NCBI GenBank assembly: GCA_000708835.1
Contig: DF237318.1
Span: 33,556-93,035, forward strand
Length of the DNA: 59,480 bases
Reading direction: 5' to 3'
Origin: Klebsormidium nitens
Taxonomy: Eukaryota; Plantae; Klebsormidiophyceae
Position numbers and translations under genes: made by a program. The notes beneath the pieces were generated by a model. It did not search any database. It was not told where the DNA came from and saw nothing but the letters and a program-made list of their open reading frames with translations. This document shows, one piece after another, positions 34,643 through 47,200 of the stretch; within the stretch, counting starts at the first letter, position 1; each line of letters begins with the position of its first letter.

Positions 34643-37600
34643 TCAAAAATGTAGGTTTTCTCTTGGTGTTCGAAAAGGTTCCAGAAGTGCCGTAGCTTCG
34701 TCCACAGGCTGCTCTAAGAAATGCAACGTGTCCAGATCGAGGACCTTTCTCCCAGACCTCAGTTGGAGAAAAAGATTTTCCAGCTTCCTCGGTGTCTCCG
34801 CCTCCGAAAGCAACGGGTGCAGAATCTGGGGTGAAAGTGCACAAGGACAGGTCAGCTTGATCAATAAATGAGGGCGAAAGAAAAGGTCGTCACAGAGGCG
34901 CACGCAATAGTTTTGGTCTTGGCATACTATCATTCGCAACTAGCAACCTGTAAGCAGACTCAACACATGATGCACTTGTTGAGAGAAATTGTTGCATGTC
35001 GCAAAATTGGAGTAATCCCAAGCTACGATGCTTCTTTCCTTTAAGATTGCAGCTTGCAATGAAGACAACGGAAAAGCCAGCGGTAACGTAATGGTTTCAC
35101 AGAAAGGTGGCCACTGCCCTCTGAAGCAGGGGAAACGGAGCGAACACTTTTTGGTCAAGTCATCTAGAAGACAACAAGAAGAGAAGACAATAGCAATATT
35201 CGAGCTCACCTTCCGGGCATACCCACCAAAAGCCACGCCAGCGACTTTTCCAAAAACCCCAGCACGCTGCATACTGGTTGCGGTGTGGCCATTTGTTCCC
35301 CCTGCCAGCTGCAGGAAACCTGCGGAAAAAGACTGGCTGTTTAGTAAACGAACGAGAGCAGTAGTGACAAAATTGAATCGCTACCGTTACAAACGCTCAA
35401 GCCAAAGATTGGGCAAGCTTTTAGCACCTTGGGCTTTTCGTTCCGCTTTCTACATGCTCGCTTTCGAGTTTAAGAAGAGCAAAAACATGTGTGCGGCACT
35501 GCAGTGACAGAAGCTTCTCCAGCTTCCGTTACGAAAACGTCGCCATCATCACCCCCGCTTAGATCCCGTTAGACTTGGTCCGTCCGGATTCCCAACAAAA
35601 GCATGCATACCATGGCCAGGACCCTGAAACTGTCTCCCACGACTTTTCACAGTTTGGCAGCCCTCGAGTCGTTGATGTCTCGATCCATTTGCGGCCCACC
35701 ATGCTTGTACTTGCTTTTGGAAATAGATATATATGACGGCCAAAAGGATTGAATGACATCGCAACGCTCCTCGTAAGACGACACGTGTCCTTACCTGGCG
35801 GCCTGGTCTCGTCCTGCAGCACCTTTTCTGCGAGTCGGCACGCCGCCCGTGTTGCGCCGGCGCCAATGTCGCCGCTCATTGGCCGCCCGTCGAGCTGCAA
35901 CGCAAAACTTAAACCTCTGTGTTTTCTTTGAATGGACACTTTATCTGTCTTGTCTGCGACAGAGATGATGGGACTAAGATGGGAATCTTTAGATACATGA
36001 GATATGTATTTTCAAGAAGTAAGAAGGACGGGAAGAACACGCGGCGCCTGCGCCGATGCCGTCGCTCATTGGCTGCCCGTCGAAGCGCGAGAAAAGTGTG
36101 TGCTTTGCAGAACCCTCAACTTAACCAGATTTCTAGGAGCGACCGCCGAGCTTTTGCTTAAAAAAGGCCTGTTGCCGTACTTGCGATACAAAATTCAACG
36201 GGACCCTGATTCAAGAGTTGACTTTCTCTGCATGCTTAACCGGCAAGGCTCACCTTTTGTTCTGAAGTTCAAGCGCACAAACGCTATCGATAATCGACGC
36301 TGATTCTTCCTAAGAGAGCGGCCATTGAAGGCACAATACGCGTGAAGCAACACTAATTTCTAATGAACGGAGTGTATTTTCAAGACGAATCTTCAAGTGT
36401 TGAAACCCCGCAAAGCGAGATGACGTCAAAAATCTTCGTGAGCAACTCACCTGCCAGACAAGCACCGGCCCCCCTTGCTGAAGTAACCACGGGGCCATGA
36501 CGTCATACATGGGCTGCATCTGAGGAAGGGCCGGCTCCGGGAGGCTCACCTGTTGACGGGGTAAATCAAAATCACCACAAAGTAGGAAAAATCAGAATGG
36601 ATTGACCTCCCTAGGACAGTTGGCATTAGTCTGGGGGTTTGGAGTGGGCATGTGTACAGAGCGGGTAGGTATCTGGGTTAACATCGTGGTTTCGGCTTCA
36701 TTCTTACTATGAATTGAGCTTATAGAGATTCAAAATGGAGGCGGTTGAAAAGGGTGCGCCAAAATAATCCAGACGAGGCCCAGAAAAGCAGCAATGCATC
36801 AAGATAGTTTAACGGCACTTTGAAACAGTCTGCTGTGAGGCACGTCGCACGCCGCACTCCGCGTTTCGTGTAGTCTTAACCACAATCGCCTGACTCCCGA
36901 AAGCCACCTCTAGTAGAATATCTTCTTCTTGGTCACTGTCCTCCGAGATTCTTGCGCATCGGCCCAGCCTAAAGGTCCGTAGAGGGGTGCGACTAAACGG
37001 CCGAACAAGTGCCGGGTAAATCTGAAGCGTTCTTCTTTTTGCAAGCAATGAACTTAAAAGACCGCACATTGATGGCCCCTCTCTTACCGCGACTAGTTTG
37101 AGCTGCTGAAATGCGGGGCCCAGCTTTTTCCAGAGCTGCCGGAACGCGGCAGGATCCCGTCCCTGAGTGTGGACTTCGACGGCGTCCACCCTCCCCTCAC
37201 GCAAAAGCGCCGCAACAGCTTCCGGGGGACGAACGTAATTTCGGGCCTCTGCGTCAAGAGGGCGTTACAGCGGGCTTGGCAAGGGCTTTCTGTACAGAAT
37301 CTGGGTTCTTAGAATGCGAAGGCAGCGAGAGATGACTTCAACGACATGAGAGGCGCGGTTGTCACCCCCGCAGATGCGCTGAATTTCCGACCTCAATCAG
37401 GAAACGGGTTATTCAAGAAGAGACTCTGGCATGCTCTCAAGGGGAGGAGAAGAAGACACTCAGGGGGAGTCTCGGGCTTAAGGACCTGTAAGCACCATTC
37501 AGGACCGTTTGGACTGAGCGGCAGAGCTTCTGGCAGTCACCTTCGTTACTTGTCCAGATTGAGAAGGAAGCAAGCCTGACAAGGATGCAGTTATTCTGCT

Positions 37601-39978
37601 CTCAAGCAGGAGTCTCCTGGCTAATGGGGGGATTAGCGCGTAACTGACCTATCAAACCCAAGGGACAAACGTTGATGCATCGACCGCAGCCGTAGCACCT
37701 CTCCTCAATGACGCCTCCCTCCTGACGACAAGACACGTGGACCGGATTTCTTGAAGGGAAGCATCGTGATCGTCAGATAAAAGGTGAGAGTAGACGAGGA
37801 AGTCAAGAAAAGAAGGAGGACGTGCAAAGCTGAACGGGCTTCACGCATGTATTTGGCAGATACTTTTGAGAGATACTCTGAGAGCGTCTGACGAAGAAGC
37901 ATACGAAGACCGGTTCAAGATGGGCCAATATTGACAGTCTCAAGATGCGGCTTTTATTGGAATCCAACCAGCAAACCCCGCGATTGCCCAACACATCGTT
38001 CAAAATTCTGGAAAAGGCACTGATTGCACTTTTTGGTTCCCATTCCCAACCCAATCGATACTAGATAAGAAGCGGCCGACAGCTCAAGATTGCGGATTAC
38101 AACTCGAATTCAGTAGTCGAGGGTGGCACGTTCGGCTGTATAAGGCTGGAGAGATATGCCAAAACCTCCTGAAGCGACCAACATACAACAGTTCTGCGCA
38201 GAAGAGAGAAACAACCACGATCATGAACGACAGCGGGAAACAGCCTCACCAGCTTCGTCTTTTCGGGCCCTGTTTGCAGCCCGTCTCCGTTCCCCGCCAG
38301 CTTCAGATCTATGGCCGCTGCCGGACAGATCGTCTCACAGGGCCTCGGACAGTCCGAAGGGCAGAGCTCCGCGTCAAAGACGGCCTTCCGAAAGTGGGGG
38401 TCTTGGTCGTCGTTTAGACTAACCATAACCAGCGGTCGGCGGAGCTTTGGGGTTTTGGGGTCTTGAGAGGTGCGGAGAAAGGCAGCGAAGAGGCGGAGCG
38501 CTGCAGAGATGCCCTCCTCGACGGCGGTGACGATTGCGGAGTCGCAGGCACAGTCGATGCAATCGACTAGGAAGGAAAAAATGACTGTCTTTAAATACCC
38601 CTTCCACCTTGAGTCTAGGAAGTTTATACCCCCTGGATCGGGATGAAGGAAGGTGACAGCAAGTTGGAGAGGCCCTCACGGCAGCTGACTATCCAAGCGA
38701 GAAGGACAGAGGTAAGTCTGACGGAAAATCTGCTCAAGCGCGAGCTAGACTCCAGATTTGACACGTCCAAACAGAAGAGAAATTCCGACCCTTGAGATCA
38801 TCCCCAGCAGAGCGCATGAAGTGTAAGTCAAAACAATCGAAAAAAACCACGTTTACAGGTGGAACCAGCCAGATGTGCGTGGAAGTGCTGAAATGGCGCC
38901 AAAAGAAAGGAGACTGGTCATGATAAAGTCAAGACTCGAGTGCAGAAAAGTGGTACTGTCAAATGAGTTGTATACCCAGAGGACAAAGAACTAGAGACCT
39001 GCTTTGGATAAAGAAGCTGTTGGAAAGACGGGACACGTCACCATTCAGGGATTGATGAGGTGCCTGAGAAATTCTATCATACCTCCTGCCAGAGTGTAGA
39101 TAAGCGCCAGGCTCCGGACTTCGATAGCGTCCTGCAATGATTCTGTATCTGAGTAAGGGTGCTAGAATACAAGCCACAAGCTAAGAAAGATCAACTTTCC
39201 TACAGGTGGGGGAATTCAATACTCCATGTCAATCTCTTCCCATGGGGCCGCTATTCAAACATTCCTGCCTGCACTTTCGTTGCAGTGTGAAACTGATCTT
39301 GCAATGCGTACGATCGCACAGGTGGCTTGGTGAATAATAAAAGCATCCTGGAGACCAGACGCAACTTTTGATCGGTAGTAGGAATCTAGCATGAAACTTT
39401 TTCTTTCCAAAAGAGGTGGTCACGTAGGGTGCTGAGGCTTGATATCACAGGGATTATCCTGGAAAGCACAAGAAGCTCACACAAACTGACTTTCCAGCCG
39501 TCACGTAATGCCAGGAGAGACTAACCCGCCAACTACGAACCAGCAGAGGAATCTAAGCGGTCCCTCTACCAGAGTCGAGTTCCCTTCTCTGGCGTGCGAT
39601 GGCGGTGATGGTGCTTATTCTCACCTCAAAGCTGGCCCCGCAAATCAGCTTGACCCAGCTCCCCTGCTTGAGCGCCTCCAAAGGGCTCACCCCTGCAACT
39701 GCCGCTGCAGAGTCCGCCACCATTTCTGCCAATCCTCGAGTTGCAAGAGTGGTCCTTCTGTTCGGCTTCTCGCTTGCAAGCTCTCTTTCCACACTGAGGC
39801 AATTCGTCAAGCTGCTCCTGCATCTGAAAGGTCGGCGAAATGTCCTCTTTTTTCGGTGGGGAAACTGCAGATGAGGAGAGCAGGATTGCATTTGCGTGTT
39901 GCTGGCACAGCCGTTGGGGGTGACTTGTTGGGGAGCAAATGAGTACGGCGACCTGATGAAGCGCTGAGACGTCGCCAT
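34643..39978 (-). CDS. ldpA: LdpA-like iron-sulfur protein (light-dependent period), organelle-targeted (9 exons, ~481 aa)
   Basis: Exons complement(39625..39978, 39083..39131, 38250..38566, 37649..37721, 37088..37248, 36451..36549, 35795..35894, 35210..35319, 34643..34825) total 1446 nt. Motifs: WVKLICGASFE, LIYTLAGVDCIDCA, VMVSLNDDQDPHFRKA, the Fe-S motifs CPSDCPRPCETICP and CYGCGRCINVCP, DAVEVHT, WQLDGRPMSGDIGAG and LQLAGGTN. Confidence 0.92.
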
Positions 39979-40200
39979 CCTCACATTGTTGATCAGAAGG
40001 CACAGCTCTGACTTTCTTTGGAAGAACTGCCATTCAGCTGCCCAGGGCGGAAAAGGAGAACGCAGCGAAACATGGGACCCACCGTCATGCCGTCACATAT
40101 ATGCACAGAGAAACGGTCGCTTATGGAATTAGCATCGAAGTTTACACGCAGGCCAGGCAGAGAGATAGAGCCCGGGGCGTCAATCGACCGTGGTTCGAAA

Positions 40201-40210
40201 GGCCCACGTG
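40201..40210. promoter_or_regulatory. Overlapping site-II (GGCCCA) and G-box (CACGTG) motif in the ~510-bp divergent ldpA/DUF538 promoter
   Basis: The sequence GGCCCACGTG lies roughly midway between the two divergent ATGs (39978 and 40489). This is a motif match only. Confidence 0.3.
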
Positions 40211-40488
40211 AGATGCAGGCGGTACAGCGTCCCGGGAGGCTCCTTACAGATTCCATTTCGACGACAAAACTCCGTGCCGATTCCCTGGAAAAACCGGCCG
40301 TCAATTCACGTCAATTCTCCCGAGGGCACAGCTTTGAGTTTCGAAGGCGAGGTTCTTGCAAGCTGCAACGGGTGGTGCTTCATTCAAGTCCATCAAATCG
40401 AAGGTGTCAGAAGATAGTGATATTGTGGACCTTGCCTGGGGGGATTTGTAAAGCATCGCCAGTTGATTGTCTTGATCGATTTGACGTG

Positions 40489-42267
40489 ATGAAGCCTTCC
40501 CAGCTTAGATTTGTTCTCCTCCTCACTCTAACTTTTGCAGCTTGCAAATCACAAGCGTCCCGAACAGAGCCGGAGTCACCGGCTTTGCAACCAAGCGCTT
40601 ATGAGCGGCTGACTGAGTATCATCTTCCCCCGGGGCTCCTCCCAGACAACGTGCTGAACTACACTCTCAAGGCGGACGGCGAATTCACACTCACCCTGAA
40701 GTCCAAATGCAGCATCGTCTACTCCATACCTGACGATGAGGTGCTTCCTTTCTCCAGATAAATTAGTGTGACCAGATCAACCAATTCAATGTCATTGGAA
40801 AGGGCTTGAGCAACCACTAGCGAAGCTGAGAAGGCACATTGTCCATCTGACAGGCCCGTCAGTTCACCCTATTGTGCCTGATGATGAGGTGGTCTCCTTG
40901 CTCTTAGTATCCTTGGTTGGCGGTCTCTAGCCAGGTCTTTGGAAGTCTAAGCTGGAAGAGGGGCGGGGACTCATTAAATCCTTCTTGTAAAGTGTGCCAG
41001 ACTATTGATCCTTTGCAGCCACCGATTTGAGCCATTGGGAGCTTAAACTTGATACTTTCAGGCCAGATGTACTGTCTCACAGGAAGAAGTGGCCCACGGC
41101 ATCATTTTTTAATGCGTTGTTACTTGTTTGTCTCAGCACGCATAGTGTTTATTCTTTTCATACAGAGAGAGGTTGGGAATGCGGTGGCTGCTACTCATTC
41201 AATTACAGTAAATGTCCAGGAGCTCATTGTTGCAACTGAGTGGTGTATGAAATAAAGTACAGAAATCTACATCAAAGGAATTGTGAGGCAAGATTTTGAG
41301 AGTTGACGCGCTCCTCCTGCTTTCAGGTGTTGGTGCATTATGACAAGCACATCACTGGCACCTTGAAGAATCTTGCCATCTCAGACCTGACGGGAGTGTC
41401 CACCAAGGAGTTCTTCTGGCTGGCGGTCACGCTGATTCATAAAGACAAGATCGACGATGACGTGGTGTATTTCAATGCAGGGTACCTGTACAGGCAAGCG
41501 AAAGCAATCTTGAAACCTGAGGATTTGGTAGCCAGTGAAGTTATTCCCTTTTTGAGAGAGCGGTCGCTGCACTTGTGGGGGTTGATGATTTCTTCTGAAT
41601 TGTTCCTCACGTATTCTGCATACCATTCTTTTCAATATCTCGGCGCTCATCAGATTCGGGGAAGTGTACGATCAACGAGTTGCTAGGGCGCCATGTTTGA
41701 TTGTTCGTTCTATCAAAGAGAATTGGGTGAGAAGCAATCAGACGGGGCTCTTGATCCGTAGCAGCTTTGAAGACAGTGTAGCAATCGGTGAAGAGTAAGA
41801 GTGTACCAAAGAGTCCAGTTCACGAAAAGCGATCCTGGTGATACTGCAGGTCTTTTAGCTGATGTGGTCTGTACGTTGATTCTTGAAGCAGAACTCTCTT
41901 CTTTGACAGTAGCAACGCAACGAATCTCTCAAGAGTTAACAATGTAAACACGCATGGGTAACCTGTTCCAACGTGTTCCCTCCATCGAGCAAGCAGGCCG
42001 CAAGCCACCGGATCTGATGCTTTGTTTATATGCGCAGGAGTTTCCCCGAGAGCGTGTTTGCATCCCCGAGGGTGAGTAAAACGCAAGCATTCCCGCGCTG
42101 ACCATTGGGTTACCCGTTTTCAAGTGCCCAACCTTCATGAGGCACTGGCTTATTTTTGACAAAAGAAACTGAAAAGTCTAACTTCGGACCTGGTATTTCA
42201 TCAGGAGTGGTCCTGCAGCAAAAGTTGCAAGCTGTTCTTGTTGCGGAGTTTGGTATCTGAAGAATAA
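40489..42267 (+). CDS. DUF538 family protein with signal peptide (4 exons, ~171 aa; intron 2 is GC-AG)
   Basis: Exons 40489..40740, 41327..41493, 42038..42071 and 42205..42267. Motifs: SAYERLTEYHLPPGLLPDNVLNY, VHYDKHITGTL, ISDLTGVSTKEFFW and YFNAGYLYR|SFPESVFASPR. The last exon is less certain. Confidence 0.82.
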
Positions 42268-44299
42268 CTGAAGGCTGCATCAAGCTCTTTTCAAGTTCAC
42301 TACATGGGACAACAAGCCTAGTATCTGTGATGGGTGACGGCCAACAAGTATGCTGGCGGTCAGAGATATCTCCTGTAGCCTTTGGGGCGACATGGTCTCC
42401 TCTGGAAAGTGAGCCAGGTATGCCTGTAGATTGAGTATTATCTCGTGTCATCTCGTGATCCTGACGCAGACGGTCGGTTGTCGTGTTTCAGCACTACTGA
42501 AGAGACCGATAAATTTTGTTTCGCATTTACCTTTCCAAATGCTAAGTGATCCGCTTTGTGTCCTTGTGCAGTCGTGCAGCGCAAACTTGAGTCCCGAAGT
42601 ATGAGGCAATTCCCGAGGTTACGTAAGAGAGCAGGTTGTGCACCCTGGAAAGCTTCAGGGCGCCACTGTAGAGTCAGGCTGGCCAAGGTGATCTGCAGTA
42701 TAATTGCATGTTCTTGACACATGCGCAAGTAATGAAAGTCTGTAGGCTACGATTACATTGCAACAGTTGGCAAGGGCCTAGTATAGCACGGATGTTCTTC
42801 TTGTTCGACAGGTGCTCCATGCTTCAGAGTACTCGCTCGATCGTTTTTGTGAGTCGCAGGGGGACCTTGAAATTGGAGAGTCCCTTTTGGTTTTTGCTGA
42901 GCTAGTTATGACAACAAAGGGGCGTTCATGTGCTCATCCCGTTCTGCATTCAGTGCAGAAAGGTGCTTGCAGATCATTCTTGTAGATGCTGCAGTGGTCA
43001 TGCGCATCGTATTGGCCTTTCAAACGGTACAAAAGGTAGCCCAGGATGTCAGTGAGATCTGACGCATGCATTTATGGTGTCTGTGCTGTCGGCCGAATCT
43101 GCCAGCTGGTACTAAACATTGAATGCAAGCTGCGATGCAGTTCAATCAGGCATGCTGCGCAACGCACTTCGTTGATTGGGTCATGTGAGACGTGTTTGGC
43201 CACTGACCTGTATTTGACATACAGGCCTTGTTTGAGATTTAGTTTGACTCAACATGTTATAGTCATGGACTGCAACTTCAAGTACGTGTGAGTATCTCAA
43301 TGTTTGTTAACTCGGCCCGCCTCGCATCATGGCACCGCATCATATCGGATAGCTGCTGGATGCTTGAAAATATAAGCGGCCGGGCGGACGAAACAGAATA
43401 GCTAAGTTGATGCTCGCAGCCGCCCCCGGCGCGCTAGATACATCTATACTACAAGCTAGTATCATGGCTGAAGTTTAGTACTGTATAAATTGTACTGTAT
43501 ATGGTACCGGGCCGTAGTTACAACATTCATCGCCGGCACATGTCAGCTAGAGGCCTTTTTATTTCTAAATGACTGCATGGTATGTGCGATCTGCATATGG
43601 TTCCCGCCCCGCAGTCACTGAGTGCGGGCCAAGTTCAATGATGATCATCGGATGCGCAAGCTGCAATCATGTTGCGAATATCGAATCCTTATATGTGCAA
43701 GCGTACACATGGGTATCCGATCAATCCATGCCAGGGGAGTCGAATTGCCACTTTGTACATGGCCTACAACATTGGAGGCCCCAAGATTGCGCTGGTTTCA
43801 TACAACCTCGCAGACATATCTGAACATTCAAGTCGAACTTCTTGATTACTCATCATTCATAACAAGGCCTTGTAAACACATGGGGTATTGATCGAAGCCA
43901 GCTGGTGCCATTATGGTTCGATATTTTGATTGTTGCTTCCGGTATATGTGTGGCAGTTCCATTGATTGAGTAGCGATTTGCGAACGGGGCTATCCAAGAG
44001 TTGCCTGACTGTAGCCTGTTCTGGTGTAGTAAGCTACCAGATTTTGCAGATTTTGGGTGTAAATTGACGGTTTAAGTTCGTTTCAATGAGGTGATGAGAG
44101 GCGATGAGATTCGGTCCACCTAGTTCCCCTTCCACGCACCTGCCTCTATCGGAGCAACGAAATACATATCTTCTATACAGGTTCACATCGAACCACCAAA
44201 ACGTCGATACGTTTTACCCAACTTGAAGATGAACATGCGCTGCTTATTGTTCTACCGATTAAAGACATGATGAAGTTCATGAAGCGCTTATAATCCAGT

Positions 44300-47200
44300 C
44301 TATGACGAGGCAATCGCCTTTTGCACCACTTCCTTCTGTTCCTTTGCGTGAAGGGACCCGAACCCGGTGGCTGTCGCGGCGGATGGCGGCCTGCCCACAT
44401 ACGCGATGTCTTCAAAAGCTCCACGGTTCACCTTATGAAGTGCGGTCGCCATACGCGGGGCCACGTATGTGTACGCGCCCATGTTCTGGGGCTCTTCTTG
44501 TGCCCATACGATCTCCGCATCTGCAAATTGGCGGGACGTCTGTCAGCAATGACGTGAATCCAAGCCACTTGTTTGGATTCGACAAAATCAAGAAAGCGTC
44601 TGGTGGCCGGTCGGACGAGAAGAGCCCTGGTTCAAATCGTTGGGCTGTTATCAACGAAGCGGCGACAAGAATGCCTGCCTGGAAAAGAGTCTGGGCAGTA
44701 GAATTGCCCACCATCTGTTCCTTTCCCCAAGCACACTTGAAAAGCGCCTAGCCTACCATACTCTCCAACTCAAGTCGAAAGGTTCAGCCTCGAACTGATC
44801 AGCTAAGCTTGAGGCGACAAGCGAATCCAAGAGGGAAGGGGGGGAAGTGCCTTTCGGTCGTTTTCAAAGTACGTCGAGGATCGACCGTTCAAAGCCGTCA
44901 AGCCCAGTAGAAGTCGACGACAAATGCCGATGCGTGTGATCGACAGATGCCTTGCTCGTCGGGAAAATGACAAGGCACAAGCAGCTTTGTCAAAGACAAG
45001 GGCGCGCAATGGCGAAACGGTGAAGACATCGCTGAATGATCAGGTCGCAGAGCAGACCCTCTTCCCTTCCAATCTTTAACATGGGTCCCAAGCCTTTCGA
45101 AAGGGTGAAACGGAAGCGGTTTGGCGAAATAATCGAGTTTCTGTGAAGGCCCGCTACATCCCGACTTTGGCGGAAAGGTGGTCAAGACTCACTGGGGTAG
45201 CAATGAATAAGGACAGGTGAGAATTACTTAGAAGGGGTTATGGCATATATTGTTAAAGCTCACTGCAATAACATTTAAGCGAAAAATGGGCAGAACTTAC
45301 TGGGGTAGCGGTTGAGCTTGCATAGGACGGGGTCAGAACACAAGAATCTACGAAGACGAAGTCACCTGGAACCCAAACTCCTGTGGAAGGCCCCGGACGC
45401 CACGACCCCAGCATTGACTTCAGAAAAAGTTGGTTAAGCCTTACTGGGGTAGCGGTTGAGCGAGAGATGATTTTACTTCAGTTAAGCGAAAGATGGTTAA
45501 AAGCTTACTACAGTGAAGGTGAAGCGAAAGGTGGTTAAGCCTTACTGGGGTAGCGGTTGAGCTCGCGCAGGAAGAGGTCGTAGGGGAAGGGGCACAGCTG
45601 CTCGACGCGCACCAGCGCCACGTCCTGCGCGCCCACGCGCTCGCGCTCCTCCTCGAGCTCGTAGTACAGCTGCGGGAATTAAGCAAAGGATCAGTGCTTG
45701 GAATTTATCATACAGCAATCACGGTGCTTCTCTGCAAATTTGTCACACATTTGCAAAAGACAGTGGCAGAAATCAACAACCACTCTTCCGAAAACCGCTC
45801 CAACGAGCACCCAGTTTCAGGGACTATCTCATTCTGAAAGAAATAAACATATAAACAGCAAAAAAAACGGAAAAGTACCCACCTTGCCGCTGACGAGGAC
45901 GAGCCGCTTGACGCCCTCTTCCCGAGTACAAGCATCTCTAGGATACACTCTGGAAAACCCAAGCCCATGTGTAGGGACAGTCTCCTGCTCAAAGTACCTA
46001 AACGCATATCCAGCAAAACTGGAACACAACGCACCTTGCCGCTGGCAAGGATGAGCCGCTTGACGCCCTCTTCCCACCTGGCAGCATCTCAGATATATAC
46101 TCTGGAAACACCCAACCCAAAATCAGATGATAGTCCCAATCTACAAAAAAGGAAAACGCCTATCCAGCAAAGAAGACGGAAAAGTGCCCACCTTGCCGCT
46201 GACGAGGACGAGCCGCTTGACGCCCTCTTCCCGGTCGCCGTGCGCGCGCACGTCCTTGATGAGGCGCTTGAAGCGCGTGCCCTGGCGGTCGGACCCGGGA
46301 TGGCCCTGGATGTCGTCGAAGTCGCCCAAAGTGGACCGGCACTTGGCGTGGCGCAGCAGGTTCTTGGGCGCCATGATGATCAGCGGCTTGCGGAAGTCGC
46401 GGTGGATCTGCGGGAGGAGCATCAGAACCTTAACTCTTATGGTTCTCAGGGCCTAATTTTCAGGCGTATTTGCACTTTCCAGGGCGCCATGATGGTCAGC
46501 GGCCCGTGAAAGCTGTCGGAAATCAGCGCACATCAGAGCCGGATGTTTCATGAAAAGCTCCCTAGGTTGAAAGCCAGAAGCGACGAGGGGATCGGTGGTT
46601 GCCCTGTGACGCCAGTGGGTTGAGCGGTAGGCAAAGTTTTGAGCGGACGGGTCCGGAGGCAGTATATGCTTGTCCGTCATCGTGAATTGAATGAGCGAAA
46701 GTAGGGTGTTCTGAGCAATGATCTGCGCAAGGATTTTGCTAGTGAGACTATCCCCGGAGAAAGGTCAACACGACTGATCCCCTTCACGACGTAAAAGAAT
46801 CGTTTTCGAAAGCAGGTCTACGAGACCGGCGGTTGATATGCTGGAGGCCCGCAAATTTAGCTCTAATTCTGATAGCGGATGCAGTAGCGGGAGACCGTGG
46901 CGTCTCTGGTTTCCTCCAGACGTTGTTCAGATTCAGGACGTCATGTACAAGACGTTGCATGATTTAGCAGACAGTGTGACACCACAGACCGTCAGCTTCT
47001 GCAAAGGTCTAGAACGAAGGAAAGCCGCAGGATCAACTCCCTAGCTGCTTTTGTGTCGGCGAAGGACGTGAAGGTGACAGGCGGGCAACGTCATGCCGCA
47101 GACCTGCCAAGTGATCGCAACCTTCCAAGAGCCAGATGACAGCAAACCCACAAAAGCCAAACCCAAAACTTCCAAAACGTTTCCTTATCTGGCACCGCAG

